Translations under genes and position numbers: made by a program
The notes under the pieces: model-generated
Databases searched by the model: none
What the model was told of the DNA's origin: nothing
Seen by the model: the letters and a program-made list of their open reading frames with translations, nothing else
Assembly: GCA_013626165.1 (NCBI GenBank)
Contig: NDHX01000006.1
Location: 2,060-66,059 of the forward strand
Direction: 5' to 3'
Length of the DNA: 64,000 nucleotides
Source: Candidatus Velesiimonas alkalicola
Lineage (GTDB): Bacteria > Omnitrophota > Gorgyraeia > Velesiimonadales > Velesiimonadaceae
Shown: positions 39,314 to 48,794 of the stretch, one piece after another
Numbering within the stretch: the first letter of the stretch is position 1
Layout: the number at the start of each line of letters is the position of its first letter

Positions 39314-39591
39314 TATCTTCCTCCTGCTATTGCTGGAATTATCGAAACTTCATCGCCATCTTCCAGGAGAGTTTGGTCTTGTTGCAGGAATCGTACATCC
39401 TCTTCATTTACATAGATGTTTATAAATCTACGAACCTTACCTGTTTCATCACAAATTCTTCCTTTAATCCCTGGAAAATTTCTCTCTAAATCATCGATTA
39501 ACTCTTTTATGTTTGTGCCATTTGCTTGGATCTCTGACTGGTTTTTAGTTAATTTCTGAAGTGGTGCTGGAACTCTAACTTTAATTGCCAT
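39313..39591 (-). CDS. MoaD/ThiS/CysO-like sulfur-carrier (ubiquitin-fold) protein ending ...AGGR
   Basis: 92 aa with a beta-grasp pattern and a C-terminal Gly-Gly followed by one extra residue. It overlaps the E1 start. Confidence 0.75.
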   Translation of the reverse strand: MAIKVRVPAPLQKLTKNQSEIQANGTNIKELIDDLERNFPGIKGRICDETGKVRRFINIYVNEEDVRFLQQDQTLLEDGDEVSIIPAIAGGR

Positions 39592-39604
39592 CTTTGCAAC
39601 CTCC

Positions 39605-40303
39605 TTATTCCTTTACGTTTTCTTTAAAAGAAGCGATATTAGGTTTAATTTTAATTGGCTTTCCTATCTTCTCTACAACAGCTTCCTGAGTCTTCAAACC
39701 ATTGCCTGTTACGCATACAACAATAGATTCATCTTTAGGTATCTTGCCTTGCTCAATGAGCTTCTTTGTTGCACCTAAAGTCACACCCCCTGCTGTCTCA
39801 GCAAATATTCCCTCTGTTTCTGCTAGAAGTTTTATTGCCTCAACAATTTCATCATCAGTCACGTCTTCAGCATAACCGCCAGACTCCTTTACAGTTCCAA
39901 CTGCATATACACCATCTGCTGGATTCCCAATAGCTAAAGATTTAGCGATTGTGTTCGGCTTAACTGGTCTTATGATATCGGAATCTTCTTTAACGGCAGT
40001 AACTATAGGACAACAGCCTGTGGCTTGAGCCGCATGAATTTCTGTATCAACTTTGTCAATCAATCCTATGGTCTTAAATTCTTTTAACCCTTTCCAGATT
40101 TTGGTGATTAAAGAACCGCCGGCACAGGGAACTATAAAGTGTTGACTAACGATACATTAAGTATACAACTTAATGTATCGTTAGTCAACACATAATCAAC
40201 CTCTAAGGGGCCAAAGCAGTACTCGCATACATAGAGAGGCTTTTTTGGATATGTTCTTTGGCATTCTCTGCACTTTAATCCTTTAACATAACTTATATTT
40301 TCA
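39605..40303 (-). pseudogene. thrC: Threonine synthase (zinc-ribbon-containing type) remnant with an internal deletion and stop
   Basis: The N-terminal zinc ribbon LKCRECQRTYPKKPLYVCEYCFGPLEVDY (40197-40300) runs in-frame into the 53-bp palindrome and a TAG stop. The C-terminal part (QHFIVPCAGGSLITKIWKGL...VVCVTGNGLKTQ, 39605-40138) is in another frame. About 200 aa, including the PLP-lysine region, are missing. No ATG is in frame at the 5' end. Confidence 0.7.
40139..40191. repeat. 53-bp near-perfect palindrome (24-bp arms, 5-nt centre), copy 1
   Basis: gtgttgactaacgatacattaagt-ataca-acttaatgtatcgttagtcaacac. A second copy lies at 58141-58191. Confidence 0.9.
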
Positions 40304-40305
40304 CC

Positions 40306-40542
40306 TCAGGCTTTCTTAATTAACAGTCTCCACTTATTATCTAATTTTTCTACTTTCATGATTTCATGCCCTTCTTCTTTCACAGCCCGAGGAACATTTT
40401 TAATAGGCTCGCCATCATCTAAAATCACCTCTAAAACTTGCCCCTGCTCCATCTCTTCAAGTTTAAGCTTTGTTCTAACAAAGCTGTTAGGACACGCTAC
40501 TTTTTCCAAATTTAAAGTCTCGCGCGGCTTTATAGCATTCAT
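40306..40542 (-). CDS. TusA/SirA-like sulfurtransferase
   Basis: 78 aa with a conserved Cys in a VACPNSF (CPx[P/S]) motif and a two-layer alpha/beta pattern. Confidence 0.65.
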   Translation of the reverse strand: MNAIKPRETLNLEKVACPNSFVRTKLKLEEMEQGQVLEVILDDGEPIKNVPRAVKEEGHEIMKVEKLDNKWRLLIKKA

Positions 40543-41396
40543 CGGACGTACTCCTTATAATTATCCAACCCGACCCTGTCTAAGGTGTCCCTGAACCGCT
40601 CGCCTTGTTTGCCGAATTCTTTGTAAAACTGCAATGTTTTTTCTATAATCTTGAATACCTCTTCCTTTGTTTCCACAAAATCAAATGCCCTTATGCCTAA
40701 TTTCGGGAATTTGCCCATCTTTCCACCTACGGAGATAGTGTAACCATCCTGCCTTTTCTGCCAGGCATTGGTTGGACAAGAGTATACACAGTCACCGCAA
40801 CCTATGCACTTATCTTCATGAAATATAATCTTTTCGTTGTCTTTATCCACCTCTATTGCACCCACTGGGCAAACTTGCGCACATAAACCACAGTAATCGC
40901 AGTTTTCCTTTACGAATCTCTTCTTCAGCCGACCCATTATTCCTAAGTCATTCTCCTGGGGTTTAATACAGGCATTTGGACAGCCGGTAATTCCTATCTT
41001 AAATTTATGTGGGTATCCCCCTATGCCAAAGAATTTTTTGTCAATCTCTCTTGCCAAAAAGAGACAATCTATTAAACCGTGGCTGCACTCTTTGCCTTGA
41101 CAGGCAGTTACAGTCCTTACCCTCTGGCCGCAGGCGCCCATTTCAAGCTCAACCTCAGCAAGTTCTTTTCTTACTTTCTCAAAGTCCTTAAAGTTTATGT
41201 TGGGGATCTCAACACCCTGTCTTGTGGTCAAATGGATATATCCTTTGCCATATTTATTGGCGATTTCTGAAAGTATAACTAATTGTTCAGACTTAACATA
41301 TCCACCCACAACTCGCAGGCGCAGAGAAAATAAATCCTTTTCCTTTTGCTTCATTAAACCACCACTTTTTAATTCTTTTATATTGTATTCAGCCAT
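40539..41396 (-). CDS. Small sulfite/nitrite-reductase-like protein (siroheme/[4Fe-4S] Cys motif) with a C-terminal 2x[4Fe-4S] ferredoxin domain
   Basis: 285 aa with a NIR_SIR-type Cys cluster (TACQGKECSHGLIDC...GCPNAC) and two ferredoxin motifs (CDYCGLCAQVCP, CIGCGDCVYSCP). It is AsrC/Fsr-like and small. Confidence 0.6.
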   Translation of the reverse strand: MAEYNIKELKSGGLMKQKEKDLFSLRLRVVGGYVKSEQLVILSEIANKYGKGYIHLTTRQGVEIPNINFKDFEKVRKELAEVELEMGACGQRVRTVTACQGKECSHGLIDCLFLAREIDKKFFGIGGYPHKFKIGITGCPNACIKPQENDLGIMGRLKKRFVKENCDYCGLCAQVCPVGAIEVDKDNEKIIFHEDKCIGCGDCVYSCPTNAWQKRQDGYTISVGGKMGKFPKLGIRAFDFVETKEEVFKIIEKTLQFYKEFGKQGERFRDTLDRVGLDNYKEYVR

Positions 41397-41408
41397 ATTA
41401 ACTACCTC

Positions 41409-42548
41409 TTACGCTTCGAAATACTGTTCCATAGAAAAATATCTCTCACCTGTGTCAGGTAAGACTACAACTACTCTTTTACCCTCTCCTAAGTCTTTGG
41501 CTACCTTTAATGCTGAATATGCTGCTGCGCCTGCTGATATACCTACGAATAACCCCTCTTCCCTAGCTAGCCTTCTTGCTGTTCTGAATGCATCATTATC
41601 ATCAACCTGAATTATCTCATCAATTATGCCCTGGTTTAAAACATCGGGAATAAAGCCTGCACCAATACCCTGAATCTTATGTGGGCCCAGTTCTTTTCCC
41701 GAAAGAACAGCACTTGCCGCAGGCTCAACTGCAACTATTTTTATCTTCGGATTATTCTTCTTTAAAACCTCACCTACTCCGGTTATCGTTCCTCCTGTGC
41801 CAACTCCCGCAACAAAGGCGTCAATTTTTCCATCTGTAACAATTAGAATTTCTTTTGCAGTCGTCTTCCTGTGAATCTCAGGGTTAGCCTCATTTTTAAA
41901 CTGTTGAGGCATAAAACTATTTGGAATCTTCTTCAGAATCTCCTCCGCTTTTTTAATAGAACCCCTCATCCCTTCGGCCCCAGGAGTAAGCACCACTTCT
42001 GCACCGTAAGATTTAAGAATATATATTCTCTCTAAACTCATTGTCTCGGGCATAGTAAGAATACATCTATAGCCTTTGACCGCTGAAATCATCGCCAGTC
42101 CTATACCAGTATTACCGCTTGTTGGCTCGATTATGGTTGCACCTGGTTTAAGCAAGCCTTTATCTTCAGCATCTTCAATCATTGAAAGGCAGATTCTATC
42201 TTTAACGCTCCCCCCGGGGTTAAAAGACTCTAATTTTGCCAGAATTTCCGCAGAACCTCCTCCTGCAATCTTATTGAATCTTACCATAGGAGTCTGACCT
42301 ATTAATTCTAATACATTTTCTGCTATTCTTTCCGAAAAAGGCAAACCTCCACCCATATAGTAAACGAACTCTAGCCTATCGTTTGGCTTAAGTTGGGTAG
42401 ATTGATACTTATCTTTACCAATGATTTTATCGTTCAATTCTACTGTAACCACTTCAGGCCTCATCTTTTTAGCGTCCAAAAGACCTGATATGCTAATATT
42501 ATTCTTAATCTCTTCTTTTTTTCCATTTAAGAAAATAGTTATAGCCAT
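41409..42548 (-). CDS. Fusion protein: N-terminal ThiS/MoaD-like domain ending GG(G), followed by cysteine synthase (O-acetylserine/O-phosphoserine sulfhydrylase, CysK/CysM)
   Basis: Residues 1-68 form a ThiS beta-grasp ending YYMGGG. Residues ~70-379 are a full CysK/CysM fold-type II PLP enzyme (SVKDR, GIGLAMI, TSGNTG). Confidence 0.8.
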   Translation of the reverse strand: MAITIFLNGKKEEIKNNISISGLLDAKKMRPEVVTVELNDKIIGKDKYQSTQLKPNDRLEFVYYMGGGLPFSERIAENVLELIGQTPMVRFNKIAGGGSAEILAKLESFNPGGSVKDRICLSMIEDAEDKGLLKPGATIIEPTSGNTGIGLAMISAVKGYRCILTMPETMSLERIYILKSYGAEVVLTPGAEGMRGSIKKAEEILKKIPNSFMPQQFKNEANPEIHRKTTAKEILIVTDGKIDAFVAGVGTGGTITGVGEVLKKNNPKIKIVAVEPAASAVLSGKELGPHKIQGIGAGFIPDVLNQGIIDEIIQVDDNDAFRTARRLAREEGLFVGISAGAAAYSALKVAKDLGEGKRVVVVLPDTGERYFSMEQYFEA

Positions 42549-42549
42549 T

Positions 42550-43851
42550 TTAACTCCTCCTTAAAATTTCTAGTGCTTTACTAATAGCCCGTAAGGTATA
42601 CTTTAAATCTTTTTCTGTATGCGCAGTAGATAAAAAATTTGCTTCAAATCCTGAAGGAGAAAAATAAACTCCTCCTTTTAGCAAGTTGTGGTAGAATCGT
42701 TTAAAGGACTTTAAATCTTGATTTTGTGCGGTCTGATAATCCGTAACATCCTTACCTGTAAAAAATATGCTAAACATAGAACCGATGTGATTGACTTTAA
42801 TCTTTATTTGATATTCTTTGGCTTTTAATTCTAAATACTGGCTCAATTCTTCGGCCTTTTTTTGCAAATCATTATAAGGGTTATTTTCTTTAAGCAACTT
42901 TAAAGTAATTATTCCTGCTGTAACCGCTACGGGATTTCCTGATAATGTGCCTGCCTGATAAACTTCACCTTCCGGAGAAAGATACTGCATTATTTCTTTC
43001 CTTCCTCCAAATGCGCCTACAGGTAAACCTCCTCCGATAATTTTACCTAAACAAGTTAAATCTGCTTTTACGCCAAAATAACCTTGAGCACCGCCATACG
43101 AAAGACGAAAGCCGGTAATCACTTCATCAAAAATAAGAACGATATTATATTTATCAGCTATCTTTCTTAAGCCTTCGAGAAATCCAGGCAAAGGTCTAAT
43201 CACTCCACAATTTGCCTGCACCGGTTCAACAATTATCGCTGCTAAATCTTTTTGAAACTTTTTTGCTGTTTCTTTAGCTCTCTTTATATCGTTATAAGGA
43301 AGTACTATTGTATGTTTAATAAAATCTTTCGGCACACCTGAACTGGCTGGAATACCCAACGTCGCCTGACCTGAACCTGCTTTTACCAAAAGATAATCTA
43401 CGTGACCATGGTATGCGCCTGCAAATTTTATAATCTTATCTTTTTTTGTACAGGCGCGGGCAAGCCTAATTGCGCTCATTACTGCTTCTGTGCCAGAATT
43501 AGTAAGTCTAACCTGGTCTATAGAAGGTATTGCCTCTACAATAAGTTTTGCCAATTCTGTCTCTAATTTTGTCACTGTGCCAAAACTGGTTCCATTTTTT
43601 ATGGTTCGTGATAATGCCTCTATAACCTTCGGATGCGCATGGCCCAAAATCAATGCTCCCCAACTCAGGCAGTAATCAATGAACCCCTTGCCGCATTCTC
43701 CGTAAATTTTTGAACCTTTTGCCTCTTTTACAAAAACAGGCAATCCTCCCACTGCCTGAAATGAACGCACCGGGCTATTTACTCCTCCGGGAATATACCT
43801 TTTGGCTTCACCAAAAAGTTTATGGTTTATAGTTGATAGTTTATGGCTCAT
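42550..43851 (-). CDS. hemL: Glutamate-1-semialdehyde 2,1-aminomutase
   Basis: 433-aa class III aminotransferase with an N-terminal [10 protein letters not shown] signature. Confidence 0.9.
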   Translation of the reverse strand: MSHKLSTINHKLFGEAKRYIPGGVNSPVRSFQAVGGLPVFVKEAKGSKIYGECGKGFIDYCLSWGALILGHAHPKVIEALSRTIKNGTSFGTVTKLETELAKLIVEAIPSIDQVRLTNSGTEAVMSAIRLARACTKKDKIIKFAGAYHGHVDYLLVKAGSGQATLGIPASSGVPKDFIKHTIVLPYNDIKRAKETAKKFQKDLAAIIVEPVQANCGVIRPLPGFLEGLRKIADKYNIVLIFDEVITGFRLSYGGAQGYFGVKADLTCLGKIIGGGLPVGAFGGRKEIMQYLSPEGEVYQAGTLSGNPVAVTAGIITLKLLKENNPYNDLQKKAEELSQYLELKAKEYQIKIKVNHIGSMFSIFFTGKDVTDYQTAQNQDLKSFKRFYHNLLKGGVYFSPSGFEANFLSTAHTEKDLKYTLRAISKALEILRRS

Positions 43852-43951
43852 TGACTATCCCGTGATTTAGAAAGTTTACTAAGCATTTTAGCTATGATTT
43901 CAGCCCTCAAGTTTCTCAAAACTAAACATTTATTCTCCTTTTTGCTATAAA

Positions 43952-44932
43952 CTATACACCATCAACCATCAACCATTTCCCAACCTCTTTTCCAAAATAA
44001 CTAATAATGAAATCTGCGCCAGCCCTTTTTATGGAGGTAAGCACCTCAAGAGCTAACTCCTTCTCCTTTGTTTTATCGCCTTCGCTTAACTTTTTTATTG
44101 CGCTATATTCTCCACTCACATTATATGCAGCTATAGGTATATTAAACTTTTCTTTTGCCCTATAGATAATATCTAAATACGCTAATGCTGGCTTAACCAT
44201 AACCATATCTGCACCTTCATCAATATCTTGACCTATCCGTTTTAATGCTTCACTCGGATCACCGAAGTCAAGTTGATAACTCATTCTGTCCCCGAAGCGG
44301 GGAGCTGAATTAAGCGCTTCTCGGAATGGTGCATAAAAATTTGAGGCGTATTTTGCCGAATAGGCAAATATTTTAGTCTTTACGAAATCATTCTTGTCCA
44401 AGGCCTTTCTTATCGCCTTAACCTGGTGAAGCATCATTGCTGAAGGCGCAACAAAATCCGCTCCTGCCTGAGCGTGAGAAACAGCTATTTTAGCTAAAGT
44501 ATCTAAAGTTCCATCAACATCTACATCAAGAACTTCGGCATTTTTTTTCAATATCCTGCAATGACCATAAGGAGTATATCCGCATAAACAAACATCGGTA
44601 ATAATTATTATATCTTTTATTTCTTTTCTGATTGCTCTTACAGTCTTCTGAATAATGCCACCTTCGGCGTAAGCTTCGGTTCCTTTCTTATCTTTTTTAC
44701 GCGGAATTCCAAATAAGAGTATTGCTTTTATATCCAAAACTTTAGTCTCCTTGATATCCTTAAGCAAGTTGTCGATAGATAGCCGATAAACTCCAGGCAT
44801 GGACTTAATGACTTCTTTTTTATTTTTTCCTTCAATAACAAAATAAGGCTGAATCAAATCCGAAGCTACAAGCCTTGTTTCGCTAACCAAATTCCTAATT
44901 ATTTGATTTCTTCTTAATCTATTAAATGCCAT
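43952..44932 (-). CDS. hemB: Porphobilinogen synthase (delta-aminolevulinate dehydratase)
   Basis: 326-aa ALAD TIM-barrel pattern with Cys-rich metal site DVCLCGYTPYGHC. Confidence 0.9.
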   Translation of the reverse strand: MAFNRLRRNQIIRNLVSETRLVASDLIQPYFVIEGKNKKEVIKSMPGVYRLSIDNLLKDIKETKVLDIKAILLFGIPRKKDKKGTEAYAEGGIIQKTVRAIRKEIKDIIIITDVCLCGYTPYGHCRILKKNAEVLDVDVDGTLDTLAKIAVSHAQAGADFVAPSAMMLHQVKAIRKALDKNDFVKTKIFAYSAKYASNFYAPFREALNSAPRFGDRMSYQLDFGDPSEALKRIGQDIDEGADMVMVKPALAYLDIIYRAKEKFNIPIAAYNVSGEYSAIKKLSEGDKTKEKELALEVLTSIKRAGADFIISYFGKEVGKWLMVDGV

Positions 44933-46314
44933 TTTTTTGCCTCTTTTAAGGTTACATCACCAATACATCTAACTTTTACACTTTGGGGTATTTTTTTATA
45001 TCTTCGCTTAAAATTTCTAACCGCAGAGGGGCTGGTAAACATAATCTCATTAAAAGTATTTAACTCTAAGTCTGGCAAATCCTCAGGCATTACATTTTTA
45101 TAAGCGAAACTGGTAGTTACTCTTGCTCCTAATTTTTTGAATGCCTTCTCCAAACCTTTATCCGAAATATCTGAACGGGGTAAAAATATCCTTTTGCCTT
45201 CTATGTCTAAGTTCTTAAATTCCGTAACCAAGCCTTCCGCGGATTCTTTCTTAGGTACCAAATCCGCTATAATTCCAAAGTCTAAGAGTCTATTTTTTGT
45301 AGAATTCCCGATAGCTCCAATCTTTATATTTGAAAGCAACCTTGAATCATAACCTATCGCTTTCAACCTCTTGAAGAAGTACTCTACGCCGTATCGGCTG
45401 GCAAATACTATCCAGTCAAAATTCCTGATATTCTCTACATAATTATCAAATTCCCTATAGTTATATAAGGGCTCGATCTTAATTAAAGGAAGATGAAAAT
45501 AAACGCCTTTATTGAAAAATCTCTCCTGCGACAAACCGGTAAACAAAACCCACTTACCTTTCCTCAGCCAGTTAAATTCCTTCTCTAACTTTGCTATCTT
45601 GCCAACAATAACTATTGCCGGCGGTTTTAAACCTTGCTCTTTGGCCTTTTTCGCAATATTTTTTAAGGTGCTGGTTAAAATTCTCTGGGTTATTAAACTG
45701 GCATCCTGGATTATTGCCACTGGTGTATTCTCATCCCTTCCGCACTTAAGTAACTTGGAAACTATTTCATCCAAATTCTCTATTGCCATATAAAGAACTA
45801 ATGTGCCAATTTTTGCCAGTGAATCCCAATCAAGCAAACTTTCTTTCTTCGTCGGGTCCTCATGACCGGTAACAAAGACACAACTGGAAGCAAGTTTTCT
45901 ATCGGTTAAAGGTATGCCACTTAGACCCGCAGCCGCAACTGCGGCAGTAACCCCCGGGACTACTTCAAATTCTATTTTATTTTTGGTTAAGACCTCAAGT
46001 TCCTGAGAATACCTGCTAAATATTGAGGGATCACCGTTCTTTAGCCTTGCCACCTTCTTTTCTTCTTTGGCCTTCCTGATTAACAAATTATTAATTTTAT
46101 TCTGATGAACTAAAAAACCATTAGCGTAGCGTTTCTTACCTAATTCATCGCAACAGATTAATTCTGCGCCATCTTTTGTATATCCTAAAAGACTCTTATC
46201 TACGAGGTAGTCATAAATAACCACATCCGACTCTTTAAGGATATTAAGTCCTCTTACAGTTATTAAATCAGGCTTACCAGGTCCTGCACCCACTAAATAA
46301 ACTTTGCCTTTCAT
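44914..46314 (-). CDS. cobA: Uroporphyrinogen-III C-methyltransferase fused to uroporphyrinogen-III synthase (CobA/SUMT + HemD)
   Basis: The N-terminus VYLVGAGPGKPDLITVRG belongs to the tetrapyrrole methylase family, and the C-terminal half is HemD-like. ATGA start/stop overlap with hemC. Confidence 0.85.
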   Translation of the reverse strand: MKGKVYLVGAGPGKPDLITVRGLNILKESDVVIYDYLVDKSLLGYTKDGAELICCDELGKKRYANGFLVHQNKINNLLIRKAKEEKKVARLKNGDPSIFSRYSQELEVLTKNKIEFEVVPGVTAAVAAAGLSGIPLTDRKLASSCVFVTGHEDPTKKESLLDWDSLAKIGTLVLYMAIENLDEIVSKLLKCGRDENTPVAIIQDASLITQRILTSTLKNIAKKAKEQGLKPPAIVIVGKIAKLEKEFNWLRKGKWVLFTGLSQERFFNKGVYFHLPLIKIEPLYNYREFDNYVENIRNFDWIVFASRYGVEYFFKRLKAIGYDSRLLSNIKIGAIGNSTKNRLLDFGIIADLVPKKESAEGLVTEFKNLDIEGKRIFLPRSDISDKGLEKAFKKLGARVTTSFAYKNVMPEDLPDLELNTFNEIMFTSPSAVRNFKRRYKKIPQSVKVRCIGDVTLKEAKKWHLID

Positions 46315-46991
46315 AATAAAACCGCCTCCCGGGAATCGATTGCTGAAAGCAAGTTATGCAGATGTAAATCTTCGGCTCTTCTGACAACTGCCAAAGACCC
46401 TTGTAAAGGATGAGGAATAAGGATCTCAAATGGTATCCTTTGGGAAATCCTATCTTCCAGCCCCAACCTAATCAGGCCACAAGCAGCAACCACAATAGCA
46501 TCTAAGTCTGTTTCATCAAGCATCTTTAATCTCTCCCCGATATTACCGCGGATATCCACAATATGAAAATCATCACGATAATTTTTAAGATGGGTTTTTC
46601 TTCTCAAACTACTTGTCCCTATTTTTGCGCCCACCTTCAGTTCATCAAGGGTTAGATTATTCTTTGAAACCAGGGCATCGTAAGGATCAATAGACTTTGT
46701 AATGGCCGCGATAAAAAGTCCAGGCGCCAAATTATCCGGTAAGTCCTTTGCACTGTGGACAGAAAAATCAATCTCACCCCTTAAAAGTGCCTCATCTATT
46801 TCTTTTGTAAAAAAGTCTGTTCCTTCTATTTGCGATATAGGCGTAAACTTATCCTTATCGCCATATGTATCTATACCTATAATCTTTACATTAAGATCAG
46901 GGTAGAATTTCTTTAAATTGTTTACAACCTCTTCTACCTGCTTAAGTGCAAGAGGGCTGGTTCTTGTTCCAACTCTGTAATTCTTTCCCAT
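46311..46991 (-). CDS. hemC: Hydroxymethylbilane synthase (porphobilinogen deaminase), C-terminally short (226 aa)
   Basis: Domains 1-2 are recognisable. The protein ends where domain 3 (with the cofactor-binding Cys) would start, at the overlap with cobA. Confidence 0.75.
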   Translation of the reverse strand: MGKNYRVGTRTSPLALKQVEEVVNNLKKFYPDLNVKIIGIDTYGDKDKFTPISQIEGTDFFTKEIDEALLRGEIDFSVHSAKDLPDNLAPGLFIAAITKSIDPYDALVSKNNLTLDELKVGAKIGTSSLRRKTHLKNYRDDFHIVDIRGNIGERLKMLDETDLDAIVVAACGLIRLGLEDRISQRIPFEILIPHPLQGSLAVVRRAEDLHLHNLLSAIDSREAVLL

Positions 46992-47971
46992 AATCTTTCC
47001 ACCTCTATATCTATAATCTTTTTAGCCTTTTGTGCTTCTCGTTTCTTTATCTTCATATTTTCTTCAATTACAGTATCTAAATCTTCTAAACAAAAAAGCT
47101 CAATACCCATTATCTCTTTTACTAGAGGATCAACGTCTCTTGGTAAAGCAAGGTCAACTATAAGAAGCTCCCGATTAATAAGGCCTGCTAAGGTCTCCTT
47201 TTTAATAATAAAATGTGGGCTTGCTGTAGCGGTTATGACTACATCCGCCATTTTCAAAGACTCTCTTAATCTATCGAATCTTACAGCCACAGCATTAATC
47301 TGACTTGCCAATGCCTTTGCCTTTTCAAAAGATCGACTGGAGATAAAGACCACATTGGGTTTTTCTTTTTTTAGGTACCTCAAAACTAATTCTGTAACCT
47401 TCCCTACTCCAATAATTAGAATGCTCTTGTGCGATAGGTTGCCTAATCGCTTTCTTATAAAATCTATAGCAATGCCTCCTACCGAAATTTTTCCTTCAGA
47501 TATTTTGGTCTCTTTGTGTATCATACTAGCTAAAGTTAGAGCATGATTAAAAATCTTGGTCAAGAACTTATCAGCAAAAGCAATATCTTCTGTTTCAAGA
47601 TATGCATGTTTAACTTGCCCTGAAATTTGTGTCTCACCAAGAATCAACGAATCTAGACCGCAAGTGACCGAAAATAAGTGTCTAACCGCTTCTTCGCCCT
47701 CATATATATAGAGATAAGGTAAAATTTTTTCTATCTCAATCTCATGGTATCGCGAAAGAAAATTTATTATATGGGCTCTTGCAACTTTGAGATTTTCTGT
47801 GCTAGCATAAATCTCCACTCGGTTACAAGTAGAAAGAATAACCGCTCCCTTAAATATTTGCCATTCCCTTAAGAGAGAAAGTGCATCTTTTAACCTCTTT
47901 TTGGAAAAAGAAAGCCTTTCTCTTAATTCAATGGGGCTAAATTTATGATTTGTGCCTACTAGCATCAACAT
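46934..47971 (-). CDS. hemA: Glutamyl-tRNA reductase
   Basis: 345 aa with an N-terminal catalytic domain (GTNHK) and an NADPH-binding domain (GVGKV). The C-terminal dimerisation region is short. Confidence 0.85.
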   Translation of the reverse strand: MLMLVGTNHKFSPIELRERLSFSKKRLKDALSLLREWQIFKGAVILSTCNRVEIYASTENLKVARAHIINFLSRYHEIEIEKILPYLYIYEGEEAVRHLFSVTCGLDSLILGETQISGQVKHAYLETEDIAFADKFLTKIFNHALTLASMIHKETKISEGKISVGGIAIDFIRKRLGNLSHKSILIIGVGKVTELVLRYLKKEKPNVVFISSRSFEKAKALASQINAVAVRFDRLRESLKMADVVITATASPHFIIKKETLAGLINRELLIVDLALPRDVDPLVKEIMGIELFCLEDLDTVIEENMKIKKREAQKAKKIIDIEVERLWERITELEQEPALLHLSR

Positions 47972-47981
47972 CGTCTATCGT

Positions 47982-48365
47982 CTATAGTCTATTGTCTATG
48001 GATTGGGATTTAGAGAGATTGCAAAGCATTTTAGCAATATTCTCGGATTCAGAATAGAGTTCGTTGAATGCCCGCTGGGTTAAGAAATCATTATCTAGGG
48101 CAACAAATAATTGCGTTACCGTCTCATATAGAGAACCAAGAGAAATTTGAATATATCGCTTAAAATCGACTTTACTAAACCGGCTACTCCCTTCTGCAAT
48201 GGCTGACAACGCGGAAATCGCACTTTTTCGAGTATGTTGAGCTAAACCAAATTTCTCTTCTGGTGGATAAGTTGCCGTAAGTTCATAAATCCTTTTCACA
48301 AACTTCCTTGTCTTTTGCCAAACTTCGAGTTTTTCAAACCCATACATTTTTACCTCCTCCATCAA
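47982..48365 (-). CDS. Four-helix-bundle protein (PF05635, '23S rRNA intervening-sequence protein' family)
   Basis: 127 aa in the family pattern (EKL.VWQ...LS.LA.IAEG......F..Y..IS.GS..E). The gene is flanked by inverted TATAGAC-containing short tandem repeats that overlap its start and end. Confidence 0.7.
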   Translation of the reverse strand: MMEEVKMYGFEKLEVWQKTRKFVKRIYELTATYPPEEKFGLAQHTRKSAISALSAIAEGSSRFSKVDFKRYIQISLGSLYETVTQLFVALDNDFLTQRAFNELYSESENIAKMLCNLSKSQSIDNRL

Positions 48366-48389
48366 CTATAGACCATCAACTATAGACCA

Positions 48390-48794
48390 TCAACTATCAG
48401 CCAGTTCGATTTCTTCTTCTGTAATTTCACCATTAACAATTCTAAATGACCTTATGCTTGGATTTTCTTTATCCTTTATTGAAGCAATTACGTAAGAAGC
48501 ATCCGGATAATAGGCTAACTCCACATCATGCGCCGAAGGATAAGCCTCTGTATCAAGATGTGAATGGTATATACCTACCATCTCTAATCCTAAATTACGC
48601 ATTTCTTTAAATACTTTTAATTGTTCTTTCGGGTCCATAAAATAACAAGTAGCCGGATTATCAGAGATATTCTCCATTTGATAAATTTTCTCAATTTTTT
48701 CTTCTTTGCCAGCCAATATTCCGCAAGATTCACGAGGATATTCTCTACGAGAATGTTTTACAATTTGCTCTAATTTATTTTTTTTTATAATCAT
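48390..48794 (-). CDS. JAMM/MPN+ metalloprotease (Mec+/QbsD-like)
   Basis: 134 aa with E-x(n)-HSHLDTEAYPSAHD (the JAMM motif HxHx7Sx2D). Confidence 0.8.
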   Translation of the reverse strand: MIIKKNKLEQIVKHSRREYPRESCGILAGKEEKIEKIYQMENISDNPATCYFMDPKEQLKVFKEMRNLGLEMVGIYHSHLDTEAYPSAHDVELAYYPDASYVIASIKDKENPSIRSFRIVNGEITEEEIELADS

